NCBI GenBank assembly: GCA_046331705.1
Contig: JAXLQJ010000045.1
Span: 1 to 64,000 of the forward strand
Origin: a bacterium
Lineage (GTDB): Bacteria > JADJOY01
Direction: 5' to 3'
DNA length: 64,000 bases
Made by a program: the position numbers and the translations under genes. Under the pieces are notes generated by a model that did no database searches, had not been told where the DNA came from, and saw only the letters and a program-made list of their open reading frames with translations. This document shows positions 39,659 to 48,673 of the stretch, piece by piece. Within the stretch, counting starts at the first letter, position 1; every line of letters begins with the position of its first letter.

Positions 39659-40156
39659 GTGGACGGGGTCAGCGCGTATCTCGGACTGGGCTCGAACCTC
39701 GGCGATCGGCTCGCGCGGATCGAGGAGGCGTGCGCGAGGCTGCGCGCCACGACGCGAATCTCGGCGCTCGAGTGTTCGCCGGTCTACGAGACTGCGCCGG
39801 TCGGCGGACCGGCCCAAGCGTGCTTCCTGAACGCCGTCGCGCGGATCGAGACCACGCTCGCGCCACGCGCGCTGCTCGTCGCGTGCCTCGCGATCGAGCA
39901 AGACATGGGGCGCGTGCGCGAAGCTCGCAACGGCCCGCGCACCATCGATCTCGACGTGCTGCTCTACGCGGATCGGGTGGTGGCCGAGCCCCAGTTGACC
40001 ATCCCGCATCCGCGGCTCTGCGAGCGCCGCTTCGTGCTCGCGCCGCTGGCCGACCTGGCCGCCGACCTGGTGCCGCCGAACGCGCAACACACGGTCCGCC
40101 AGCTGCTCGCGCTGCTGCCGCCGAGCGACGCCTGGGTGCGTCGCTTTCCGCGCTGA
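39659..40156 (+). CDS. folK: 2-amino-4-hydroxy-6-hydroxymethyldihydropteridine diphosphokinase
   Basis: AYLGLGSNLGDR, FLNAV, GPRTIDLDVL, IPHPRLCERRFVLAPL. Confidence 0.96.
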   Translation: MDGVSAYLGLGSNLGDRLARIEEACARLRATTRISALECSPVYETAPVGGPAQACFLNAVARIETTLAPRALLVACLAIEQDMGRVREARNGPRTIDLDVLLYADRVVAEPQLTIPHPRLCERRFVLAPLADLAADLVPPNAQHTVRQLLALLPPSDAWVRRFPR

Positions 40157-40238
40157 GCGGCGCCTCGAAGGTCCAGGCTGAGCCCGCGACGGGCGATGCG
40201 AGCGGTCGCTGCGCGGCAGCGAGCCCGCCCCTCGACCC

Positions 40239-40736
40239 TCACGGGACGAGATCGCCTCGCGCCACCCGCAGCCGCAAGCGGTGCTGCTCCGGCAGCTGCC
40301 AGCGCTCCGCGGCCTCGAGCAGCAAGCCGAGATAGCGCCGCGACGGCGGTTGACCGGGACGCGGCCAACGCGCTCGGTAATGCCACGCCGTCACGGTCTC
40401 GCCGTCGTCGCGGCGCACCGTGCTCGAGACACGCAGATACGTGACGCCCTTGCCCTCCATGCGATCCAGCCGACGCAGCTCGGACGCCGTGATGCGATAG
40501 AGGACGCCCGGCACGACGCTTCCCGCCTTCGCGCGCACGTTCGCGAACGCACGCTCGCGAAACGGCAACCCGGGCGCGTCGAAAGCGAATCGATGGTCGA
40601 GGAGAATCGCTCGCTCGGCGCTCACCGGATGAATCCGGCGGCGCTCCACCAGCACGCGCTCGTTCATGTTCGCGCCGAACGCGAAGTACCAGACGAGCTC
40701 GGCGCCGGAACCGGCGGCGCGTGGGCTGCGCGTCAC
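40239..40736 (-). CDS. Gamma-glutamylcyclotransferase family protein
   Basis: WYFAFGANM, VPGVLYRI, LDRMEG, PSRRYL. Confidence 0.85.
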   Translation of the reverse strand: MTRSPRAAGSGAELVWYFAFGANMNERVLVERRRIHPVSAERAILLDHRFAFDAPGLPFRERAFANVRAKAGSVVPGVLYRITASELRRLDRMEGKGVTYLRVSSTVRRDDGETVTAWHYRARWPRPGQPPSRRYLGLLLEAAERWQLPEQHRLRLRVARGDLVP

Positions 40737-40789
40737 GCGCCACGCCCCCGAGGCGCGTCGGCGCCGCGCACGCGGGCCCGGGAGACGAT

Positions 40790-40820
40790 CACGCCTCCCG
40801 GGCGGAACCCGAGAGGCGTG
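40790..40820 (-). terminator. GC-rich stem-loop downstream of the RRM gene
   Basis: CACGCCTCCCGGG-cggaa-CCCGAGAGGCGTG: 13-bp stem with one G-U pair on the minus transcript; no clear U-tract. Confidence 0.4.
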
Positions 40821-40859
40821 CGGGAAGGCGGTCGAAACGAAGCAGGAAGAGGAAGTCGC

Positions 40860-41240
40860 TCAGTACGGCCGGCGTCCGCCGCCGCCCGGACCACCGCGTG
40901 AGCCGCCGCGGCCACCGCGGTCGCCGCGATCGCCACGGTCGCCGCCGTAGCCACCACCGCCGCCTCCACCGCCACCGCCGCGCTCACCGCCCCGTCGGTC
41001 GATCGCGAAATCGACGCGAATGGTGCGACCGCCGAGCTCGGCGCCGTTCATCGCGCGCTTCGCTTCCTCGGCGGCGGCATCCTCGGTGTAGCTCACGAAT
41101 CCGAAGCCCTTGGACCGCCCCGTGTCGCGATCCATCACGACCTTGGCTTCGGTCACCGAACCATAGGCTTCGAACGCCTGCCGCAGGCCCGCGTCGTCCG
41201 TGCCCCACGCCAAACCACCGACAAACAGCTTCTTGGGCAT
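40860..41240 (-). CDS. RRM RNA-binding protein with Gly/Arg-rich tail
   Basis: RNP2 LFVGGL, RNP1 KGFGFVSY, GDR repeats; GAGGAG RBS. Confidence 0.95.
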   Translation of the reverse strand: MPKKLFVGGLAWGTDDAGLRQAFEAYGSVTEAKVVMDRDTGRSKGFGFVSYTEDAAAEEAKRAMNGAELGGRTIRVDFAIDRRGGERGGGGGGGGGGYGGDRGDRGDRGGRGGSRGGPGGGGRRPY

Positions 41241-41618
41241 ACTTCACTCTCCTCGACCGCGAGCAGCACCGAGCGACGGCCTGAGCGGTCGTGCAAGCAA
41301 CGGAATCGAAGTTGTGGAAAAGCTCACGAAGGAAGGAACTACGCGGAAGGCCGGAGGCGTGATCGCATTAGCCGCGCACGAGAGCGGGATCGGAATCAAG
41401 CGCGTATGCCGCGGAAACCCGTCGAATTGCAAACATGGTCACCGATCCCCGCTCCACGTGTCAAGCAAAAAATCGCTGGGCGCGGCGCCCGGAACTCGTC
41501 AATCTGCGGCCAAACGACGGTGATTCGAGGATCGTCTGCGAGGAGGCGTGGCGATCGTCCACGCGGGAGGCCGGACATGCACGTGACGAGCGCGCGAGGC
41601 ATCACGAACGACGGCGCG

Positions 41619-42413
41619 ATGCGAAAAACCACGATTCGGCGCCCGCTGGCGCGGCGACTCGCGCTCGTGGCGCTCGCGCTGCTCGCGAGCGGCGCGCGCG
41701 CGCGGGCCGCCACGTTCGACCACGAGCACACGGCGTGGTCGGCCGAGCTCGCTCGTTTCGTCGCCGACGGCCGCGTCGACTACGCGCGTTGGGGCAACCA
41801 GGGACGTCCGGGCTTGACCGACTACCTCGCGACCCTCGCGAGCGTCGGGCCCGACGACTACGCCGCCATGACTCGCGAACAGCGACTCGCGTTCTGGATC
41901 AACGCCTACAACGCGTACATGGTGAAACAGGTGCTCGATCACTACCCGCTGGAAAGCGTGCGCTCGATCGGGCTGCTGCCGTTCGCAGCGTTCAAGGACT
42001 CGTTCATCCCCATGGAGCGCTTGCGCGGAAGCAAGCTCTCCCTCGACGACATCGAGCATCGGATCTTGCGCAAGGAGCTCGGCGAGCCGCTGATTCATTT
42101 CGGGATCGTGTGCGCCTCCCGGAGTTGCCCGGCGTTGCGCAGCGAGGCCTATCGAGCGAGCACGGTGCTCTCCCAGCTCGAAGACGCCGCGCGCCGCTTC
42201 CTCGCAGACACCACGAAGAATCGCGTCCTCGGCGACGGCGCGCGAGTGGGCTTGTCCTCGATCTTCAAGTGGTTCCGCGAGGACTTCGAGAAGACCGGCA
42301 CGCTGGCGCAGTTCGTGGCGAGGTACGCGCCGCCACCGCTCGCCGCCGCGCTTGCCAAGCCCGACGTCGAGATCGAGTTCCTCGACTACGACTGGAGCCT
42401 GAACGGCCCCTGA
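41619..42413 (+). CDS. DUF547 domain protein, exported
   Basis: GRVDY, LAFWINAYNA, SLDDIEH.ILR, IHFGIVCASRSCP, YDWSLN. Confidence 0.9.
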   Translation: MRKTTIRRPLARRLALVALALLASGARARAATFDHEHTAWSAELARFVADGRVDYARWGNQGRPGLTDYLATLASVGPDDYAAMTREQRLAFWINAYNAYMVKQVLDHYPLESVRSIGLLPFAAFKDSFIPMERLRGSKLSLDDIEHRILRKELGEPLIHFGIVCASRSCPALRSEAYRASTVLSQLEDAARRFLADTTKNRVLGDGARVGLSSIFKWFREDFEKTGTLAQFVARYAPPPLAAALAKPDVEIEFLDYDWSLNGP

Positions 42414-42509
42414 GCTCGCGGATCGACCCGGGTCGTACAGCCGGTCAGGCTCGGCGTGTCGAGTCCGAGCGGTGTCGGTGGGCGGCTCGTTCGTAGTACG
42501 TTTCGCGGC

Positions 42510-43538
42510 ATGAGTTGCACGCTCTCGAGGTTTCGTCACGCCGGGCTCGCGTCCGCCATTCTCCTCGCGTTGCTCGCCGGTGCGCCCGACGCGTGGTGCG
42601 GCGAGACGATCTTCGAAGACGACTTCAACCAGGGCGGCACCTGCGCCTGGTCCTCGGGCGCGGGCAACCCGAGCACGATCCGCAGCTTCTGCGTACGCAC
42701 TCCCTCGATCACCCTCGCCCCCGGTGACCTGCTGCTCGCCTGCTACTACTTCCGCACGCCCAACACGGAGACCGTGGGCATCCGGAGCTGGTCGTCCGAG
42801 CTCGAGGGCGGCGTCCTGCACGCGCTCGTCTACGCGACGCGCGACACTCAGCAGACACCCATCGAGCGCCAGCCCCCGGGAACGGTCTCGACGAGCGTCT
42901 GCGGCATCGCGGACACCAGCGGCAACGCCACCTACGCAAGCTGGGTCTACGGTGCCCACGACCCGCTCGCCACGCTCGACCTTCCCGCCGACGACGGCAG
43001 CGGCAAGCCGCTCGCCCAGGAGCTCGCACCGGCGCAGCCGCTCTTCGTCGAGATGCTCCTGAGCAACCCCAGCGATGTGCCGATCCAGGCGTACGTGACA
43101 CTCGGTGCCACCGCCGTCGCGCCCGCGGTGCCGTACACGCGCACCGACACCTACCTCACGTACTCGGCAAGCATCAACATTCCGCCGGACGGCGTCCCGC
43201 ACACGGTGAGCGCCGCGTGCAACGCGCCTACGGGGGTCCAGTTCTGGAGGCTCTCGACGGAGACCCACTCCCACGCGACCGAGGCGAAGCTCAAGAACGG
43301 GCTGACGCCGCTGGTGGTCAGCACCGACTGGGAGCACCCGAGCGCCCAGGAATATTCCGCACCCGGCTTCTACTCGTTCGCCGGCGGCTCGCTCGGCTAT
43401 TCCTGCACCTACGTCAACGTCTCGGGGCAGCCCATCACCACGGGCAACGCCCTCACGGACGAGATCTGCGTCGGTATCGGCCACTTCTTCCCGGCCACGC
43501 GACCGTATCTCTGCTTCAACAGCACCGGCCCACTGTGA
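42510..43538 (+). CDS. Exported protein resembling copper type II (PHM/DBH-like) monooxygenase domains
   Basis: Signal peptide; CYYF, INIPP, THSH, TDWEHP, YSCTYVN and DEIC..HFFP follow the PHM-like layout. Confidence 0.55.
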   Translation: MSCTLSRFRHAGLASAILLALLAGAPDAWCGETIFEDDFNQGGTCAWSSGAGNPSTIRSFCVRTPSITLAPGDLLLACYYFRTPNTETVGIRSWSSELEGGVLHALVYATRDTQQTPIERQPPGTVSTSVCGIADTSGNATYASWVYGAHDPLATLDLPADDGSGKPLAQELAPAQPLFVEMLLSNPSDVPIQAYVTLGATAVAPAVPYTRTDTYLTYSASINIPPDGVPHTVSAACNAPTGVQFWRLSTETHSHATEAKLKNGLTPLVVSTDWEHPSAQEYSAPGFYSFAGGSLGYSCTYVNVSGQPITTGNALTDEICVGIGHFFPATRPYLCFNSTGPL

Positions 43539-43570
43539 GCGAGGCGCCGTGAGCGAGTACCGCCGCCACC

Positions 43571-43597
43571 TGTAACCTTTCGGCGGCCTCGGACGTG
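43571..43597 (+). promoter_or_regulatory. ECF sigma promoter (ECF41-like)
   Basis: TGTAACC-N16-CGTG, 24 bp upstream of ATG 43622. It resembles the ECF41 consensus TGTCACA-N16-CGTC, and an ECF41 gene is in the same operon. Confidence 0.6.
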
Positions 43598-43621
43598 GAG
43601 CGAGCAAAGGAGGCTCGATCC

Positions 43622-44947
43622 ATGCACGAGCGGAATGGGATCGTTCGAGAAGCACAGGATGTGGTCGTGGTGGGCGGCGGGCTCGCGGGACTCGCCGCGG
43701 CGGCCTACCTGGCGCGCGCGGGGCTCGCCGTCACGGTATTGGAGCGCGGAGCGACGCTGGGCGGCCGAGCGGACACGCACGTCCGCGATGGCTTTCATCT
43801 CAATCTCGGGCCGCACGCGCTCTATCGGGCGGGCGCGGCGCACGCCGTGCTCACGGAGCTGGGCGTGCCGCTGAGCGGCGCGACTCCGCCGAGCGACGGC
43901 TGGGCGCTCTTCGCGGACGAGCTGGTGCCGTTGCCGAGCGGACCGCGAACCCTGCTCACGAGCCCGATCGCGAGCGCGCGGGGAAAGCTCGAGATCGCCA
44001 AGTTCCTCGCGATGCTCACGTCGGGCGCGGTGAGCTCCGACGGTTGGGCGGCGACCTCGGTGGCCGCGTGGCTCGACGCGCACCTCCACGAGGCTTCCGC
44101 GCGCACCTTCGCCGAAGCGTTCCTGCGGCTCTCGACCTACGCGAACGCGCCCGAGCTCTCGAGCGCCGGAGCGGCGCTCGGCCAGCTGCGGCGCGCGATG
44201 CGAGGTGGTGTCCTCTATCTCGATGGCGGATGGAAGCAGCTGGTCGAGGGCCTCGCGGCCATCGCCGCGCGCGCCGGAGCCGCCATCCGCACGGACGCGG
44301 CGGTGGAATCGGTGCGCTCCACGGGGAGGGGCTTTCGCGTCGAGCTCCGATCCGGCGCGGAGATCGAGACCCGGGCCGTCGTGGTCGCAGGAAGCCCCGA
44401 GCTCGCGGCTCGCCTGGCCGACGGTTCGCCCGCGCTCGATCGCGCGGCGGCGGACGCGGTGCCCGTGACGGCCGCGTGTCTCGACGTGGCGCTCGAGTCC
44501 TTGCCCGAGCCCACGCGAACGTTCGCGATCGGCTTCGATCGTCCGCTCTATTTCTCCGTTCACAGCAAGTCGGCGGCGCTCGCCCCCGCCGGCGGCGCCG
44601 TGATCCACGTGGCGAAATACCTGGCTCCCCACGGCTCGCCGGACGCGTCGGGCGAGCGCGCCGAGCTCGAAGCGTGGCTCGATCGGCTCCAACCGGGCTG
44701 GCGAGCGCGTGTCGTGCACCAGCGCTACTTGAGGCGCATGGTCGTGCAGCACGATCTCGTTCACGCGAGCCGCGGCGGGCTCGCGGGCCGACCAGCGGCG
44801 GAGGTGCCCGATCGACCGGGCTTCTTCGTCGCCGGCGATTGGACCGGGCCGGGCGGCTTCCTGGCCGACGCGAGCCTCGCCAGCGCACGGCGAGCGGCGA
44901 GCGTCGTCCGGACCCATCTGGCGGGCCGCACGCGGGCGGCCGCCTGA
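43622..44947 (+). CDS. FAD-dependent oxidoreductase (phytoene desaturase-like)
   Basis: VVVVGGGLAGLAAA, LER..LGGR, NLGPHALY, YLDGGW, FVAGDW. Confidence 0.88.
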   Translation: MHERNGIVREAQDVVVVGGGLAGLAAAAYLARAGLAVTVLERGATLGGRADTHVRDGFHLNLGPHALYRAGAAHAVLTELGVPLSGATPPSDGWALFADELVPLPSGPRTLLTSPIASARGKLEIAKFLAMLTSGAVSSDGWAATSVAAWLDAHLHEASARTFAEAFLRLSTYANAPELSSAGAALGQLRRAMRGGVLYLDGGWKQLVEGLAAIAARAGAAIRTDAAVESVRSTGRGFRVELRSGAEIETRAVVVAGSPELAARLADGSPALDRAAADAVPVTAACLDVALESLPEPTRTFAIGFDRPLYFSVHSKSAALAPAGGAVIHVAKYLAPHGSPDASGERAELEAWLDRLQPGWRARVVHQRYLRRMVVQHDLVHASRGGLAGRPAAEVPDRPGFFVAGDWTGPGGFLADASLASARRAASVVRTHLAGRTRAAA

Positions 44948-44976
44948 GCCCCCGCGCGCAACGGGAGGCTGCCATC

Positions 44977-45993
44977 GTGCTATCCATCGGCTCCGCCTCG
45001 CTCGACCGCGACGCACCGGATCCAAGCATGGTCGCCGCCTTCGACTCCGCGCAGCAGGCGTTCGTGGCCCATCGCGGGTTCCTGTGGTCGATCGCGTACC
45101 GCATGGTCGGCAGCGCCGCGGACGCGGACGACGTGGTTCAAGACGCATTCGTGCGGGCGCTGGAACGTCCGCCGGCGCGCCTCGACGAGCCGCTGCGCCC
45201 CTGGCTCACGCGCGTGACGATGAACCTCGCGCGCGATCGGCTGCGCGCCCGCAAGCGCGCCGGCTACGTCGGGCCGTGGTTGCCCGCTCCGATCGAGCAC
45301 GATCCGCTCGCGGCCGAGCTCGCCGAGGCGCCCGAGCTCTCACCCTCCGCGCGTTACGACCTGCGGGAGAGCGCGTCGTTCGCGTTCTTGCTGGCGCTCG
45401 AGGCGCTCACTCCCAACCAGCGCGCCGTGCTCTTGATGCGCGACGTCCTCGACGCGTCGGTGGAGGAGACCGCGGACGTGCTCGGGCTGAGCGCGGCCAA
45501 CGTGAAAGTGCAGCACCACCGCGCACGCAAGCGGCTCGAGACCTACGAGCGCACGCGCGAGGCGAGTGCCGCCTCGCGGGAGCGGAGCCACGAGACCTTG
45601 GCCCGCTTCCTGGCGTGCCTCGCGAGCGGCGACCTGGACGGCCTTCAGGAACTGCTCGCCGACGACGTCCGGATCCTGAGCGACGGCGGGGGCGAGTTCC
45701 ACGCGGCGCGAGTGCCGGTGGTGGGTGCGGCGAAAGCGATCCGGTTCCTGCTCAACATCCGGCGCTGGTGGTCCGACGGCGGCAACCAGGCGATCAAGAT
45801 CCTGAACGGCGAGCCCGCGTTCGTCGGCGAAGTTCCGGCGACGAAGCCGAGCTATCCGAGCCGCATCGTGACCCGGATCGAGGTCGACGGGCGCGGCAAG
45901 ATCCGCGAGATCCACAGCGTCCTCGCCACCGCCAAGCTCGGCGCCGTGTTTCGCGGCGACGACGCCGAGCTCACAAGTAGAGACGGACGCTGA
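44977..45993 (+). CDS. sigJ: ECF sigma factor, ECF41/SigJ type, with SnoaL-like C-terminal domain
   Basis: AYRMVGSAADADDVVQDAF, YVGPWLPAP (WLPEP-like), LEALTPNQRAV and SDGGG. Start is 44977 (GGAGG RBS) or 45028. Confidence 0.88.
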   Translation: MLSIGSASLDRDAPDPSMVAAFDSAQQAFVAHRGFLWSIAYRMVGSAADADDVVQDAFVRALERPPARLDEPLRPWLTRVTMNLARDRLRARKRAGYVGPWLPAPIEHDPLAAELAEAPELSPSARYDLRESASFAFLLALEALTPNQRAVLLMRDVLDASVEETADVLGLSAANVKVQHHRARKRLETYERTREASAASRERSHETLARFLACLASGDLDGLQELLADDVRILSDGGGEFHAARVPVVGAAKAIRFLLNIRRWWSDGGNQAIKILNGEPAFVGEVPATKPSYPSRIVTRIEVDGRGKIREIHSVLATAKLGAVFRGDDAELTSRDGR

Positions 45994-47974
45994 GCAAGCC
46001 CTCGTAGGCGCCGCGCCAGCGGGTGGCCTCGGCGCGCAGCTCGAGGTCGCGCGCGAGCGAGATCGAGCTCACGCCGTGCACGCGAAAATTCACGCCGTCG
46101 GCGCCGCCGTCGTCGAACGAATCGGGTCGGTCGATGCCGAGGAATGGGTAGAGGTAGCCCGCCTCGAGCTGCACCCGCCAGACGTCGAGCGGCTGGACGA
46201 GGGTTCCGATCGACGCACCCGCTTCGAGCCGATAGCGATCGCGAAACGGCGCGCCCACGCCGGCATCGAGATCGGCGAACGTGTACGCGAATCCTGGCGC
46301 GAACCGCTCCCAGCCGAGGGTGAGCCCCACCCCGCCCGCGACCCCGCCGTACACGCAATTCCAGCCGGCGCACGCGTCCTCGCGAATCCGATCGAGCCCG
46401 ACGTAGACGTGCCACGACGGCCGGATCACCCACGGATCGAGGGGTGCGAGCGACACGATCCGCGCCAGGAAAGCACGGTCCAGCTCGAACGCCGGGGCTT
46501 CCTCGCCGTAGGCCCGCGCCTCGAGCCCGAACATCTCGATCTGCGTGCCGGGCATGTAGCCCGCGGCGGGGTCGAGAAGATCGTGGAGCGCGCCACGCAG
46601 GTAGAGATCCGCGAAGGCGCCGCGCGTGCCGAAGCCGCCACCCAGCGTGATCGCCGACGAGCCGTGTCCCGACTCGGGCGCGGGCGGCGCCGCGACGTCC
46701 GCCGCCGACGGAGGCGCGCCGAGCTTGCCGCGCGCCACCAGCAGCGCGCGCTCGAGTCCGCTGGCCGCCGTCATGGGCGACGCCTCGGCGCGATAGCGAA
46801 CCAGCTCGTACGCGGTGTCGAGGACCGCCACGCGACGCTCGGCCGCGATCTCCTCGAGCAGCGTCGCCGGCTCGCCGCCGTGTGGATCGGCGAGCTTCTC
46901 GGCGGCGACGACCTCGGCGGCGCTCAGCGCCTCGCGGCGTGCCGTCATCACGCGGAATCGCGACGGGCGGAATCGTGACGACGCCACCAATCCAGGCGTG
47001 TCCACGATCGCCTTCACCGTGTCGCCGGGAATCACCCACTTCTGAAAGGCGTCGGTGAGATGAAGCGAGGGATCGCCAGCCTCGAGCACCGCGAGCAAGT
47101 GATACGAGCAGTTCTCGCTCAGGTAGTAGTAGTCGAACCACGCGTGGCCGAGCTCCCAGAGGTGCTCGACCATGCGCGCGACCGCGGCGCGGTCGAGGCT
47201 CAAGCGGTATTCCCAGATGTCGCGATCCTCCATGTCCGCGTACTCCTGGACCTTGAGGTAATACGGCATCGTCGCGAAATAGCCGGGAAACCCGCCGCCG
47301 AGACCCATGAACGTGTAGAGGATGGGATTCTCGGTCGTCGGCAGCGCCGCGTAGTTCACGGCGTAGGCGAGGAGATCGTCGGCGTTGCCCTCGCGCTCGC
47401 GGTTGAGGCGCAGCAACGTGTGACCGAACATCGACGACGGCCCGTTCGGATACGCGGACGCGAAGATCAAGGTCGCCGAGTCGGCGCGAATGGTGTCGCG
47501 CCAATGGTCGAAGCGATCGCAGGGAGCGCGCGGCACGACCAGCGGATCGAAGTGGAGCCGAGAATCGAGCCACGCGAAGCGCGCGGGAAATCGGCAGCGC
47601 GCCGGCTCCGGGCTCCCCTCTTCGCTCTGATCCAGGTCGAACGCCTGGTCGACGAACGCGGTGAGCGTCGCGTCCAGCTCCGCCTGCGGGTTGGTCTTGC
47701 CGTCGGGGGCCAGGAAGAACGCGGCGGCGTCGACCTCGCTGGTGACGCCGCTCGTGAGGCGGTTGGCGCGGTAATGGCCGAGCACCTGCCACTCGCGCGA
47801 TTCGGCGAGGCCGAGCTCGCGCGCCCGCGCGATCCATTCGTCGCGCGCGTGTGCCCGCAGACCGCCTAACCAGTCCGCCGATGGAGCACCTGGCGGGCAC
47901 CCCGTCGTGGCGCAGAGCAGGACCAGCGCGCCGACTCCGCGCGCCGCCCACCGGCGGCCCCGAGAACCGTTCAT
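45971..47974 (-). CDS. DUF4105 domain protein
   Basis: FFLAPDGKTNPQAEL, CRFPAR, SSMFGHTLL, RDIWEY.L and YYYLSENCSYHLL; beta-strand-rich C-terminus. Confidence 0.85.
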   Translation of the reverse strand: MNGSRGRRWAARGVGALVLLCATTGCPPGAPSADWLGGLRAHARDEWIARARELGLAESREWQVLGHYRANRLTSGVTSEVDAAAFFLAPDGKTNPQAELDATLTAFVDQAFDLDQSEEGSPEPARCRFPARFAWLDSRLHFDPLVVPRAPCDRFDHWRDTIRADSATLIFASAYPNGPSSMFGHTLLRLNREREGNADDLLAYAVNYAALPTTENPILYTFMGLGGGFPGYFATMPYYLKVQEYADMEDRDIWEYRLSLDRAAVARMVEHLWELGHAWFDYYYLSENCSYHLLAVLEAGDPSLHLTDAFQKWVIPGDTVKAIVDTPGLVASSRFRPSRFRVMTARREALSAAEVVAAEKLADPHGGEPATLLEEIAAERRVAVLDTAYELVRYRAEASPMTAASGLERALLVARGKLGAPPSAADVAAPPAPESGHGSSAITLGGGFGTRGAFADLYLRGALHDLLDPAAGYMPGTQIEMFGLEARAYGEEAPAFELDRAFLARIVSLAPLDPWVIRPSWHVYVGLDRIREDACAGWNCVYGGVAGGVGLTLGWERFAPGFAYTFADLDAGVGAPFRDRYRLEAGASIGTLVQPLDVWRVQLEAGYLYPFLGIDRPDSFDDGGADGVNFRVHGVSSISLARDLELRAEATRWRGAYEGLLSVRLYL

Positions 47975-48064
47975 CGCGAGGATCGGAAAACGCGCGGCCC
48001 GGCCGGAGATCCGACCGGGCCGCAGGAATCGAGCACCGTCACGGAGTGCGCGACGGCGTCGCGC

Positions 48065-48571
48065 TCAGAGCTTGGTGCAGCCGTGCGCGAACGTGTCGTT
48101 CGAGGCCAAGGCACCCTTGAACGAGACCAGCGCGTCGCTGGCCGAGGTGCTCTCGCTGGGGAACGTCTTGCTGTAGTTGGCCTGGGCGAACTCGCCCACC
48201 GCGGGCGTGAGGCTCGGATCGCAGCCGAGCAACGTGGTGAATGCAGCGAGGTACTCGCCGCCGCCGCTCGCCATGTCGCGCTCGAGGTTCTCGAGGTTGG
48301 CCTCGGCGAACGCCTGCTGCTCCTTCTCGCCCATCAGCGTTCCGTCCGTGGTGCAGTTGGACGTGCCGGTCGAGATGCCGAAGGTCTGGGTTCCGAACGA
48401 ACCGTTGAGCGTGGACGACACGACCTGGCCCACCTTGTGGTTCTTCTCGATGAGGATCGAGCCGAGACCGCAACCCGAGGGACCGAGCGCCCGCGCCGGG
48501 ATCACGGTCGCCGCGATCAAGCCCGCCGAGCCCACCACCGCTGCAGCAATCCAACCCAACGTTCGCTTCAT
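48065..48571 (-). CDS. DUF3015 family exported protein
   Basis: GCGLGS, QTFGISTGTSNC, DMASGGGEYL, LLGC; upstream of DUF4105; GGAGG RBS. Confidence 0.88.
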   Translation of the reverse strand: MKRTLGWIAAAVVGSAGLIAATVIPARALGPSGCGLGSILIEKNHKVGQVVSSTLNGSFGTQTFGISTGTSNCTTDGTLMGEKEQQAFAEANLENLERDMASGGGEYLAAFTTLLGCDPSLTPAVGEFAQANYSKTFPSESTSASDALVSFKGALASNDTFAHGCTKL

Positions 48572-48673
48572 GAAGCCTCCTGTGCGTGCGTGCCTTCGCT
48601 TGGTCGGCACGCGGTTCGAGTACGCCATTTCCAGCCCATGCGCGCGCACGGTGCCACGCGGCGCAACGGCCCG

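Noticed and set aside
40860-41000. GGC/GGT-rich and 9-bp repeats
   Set aside because: They encode the ordinary Gly/Arg-rich tail of the RRM protein.
48641-48656. Sigma54 promoter for DUF3015 (minus strand TGGCACCGTGCGCGCG)
   Set aside because: The -24 element is good, but the -12 lacks the TTGC/CTGC context. It could easily be chance in GC-rich DNA.
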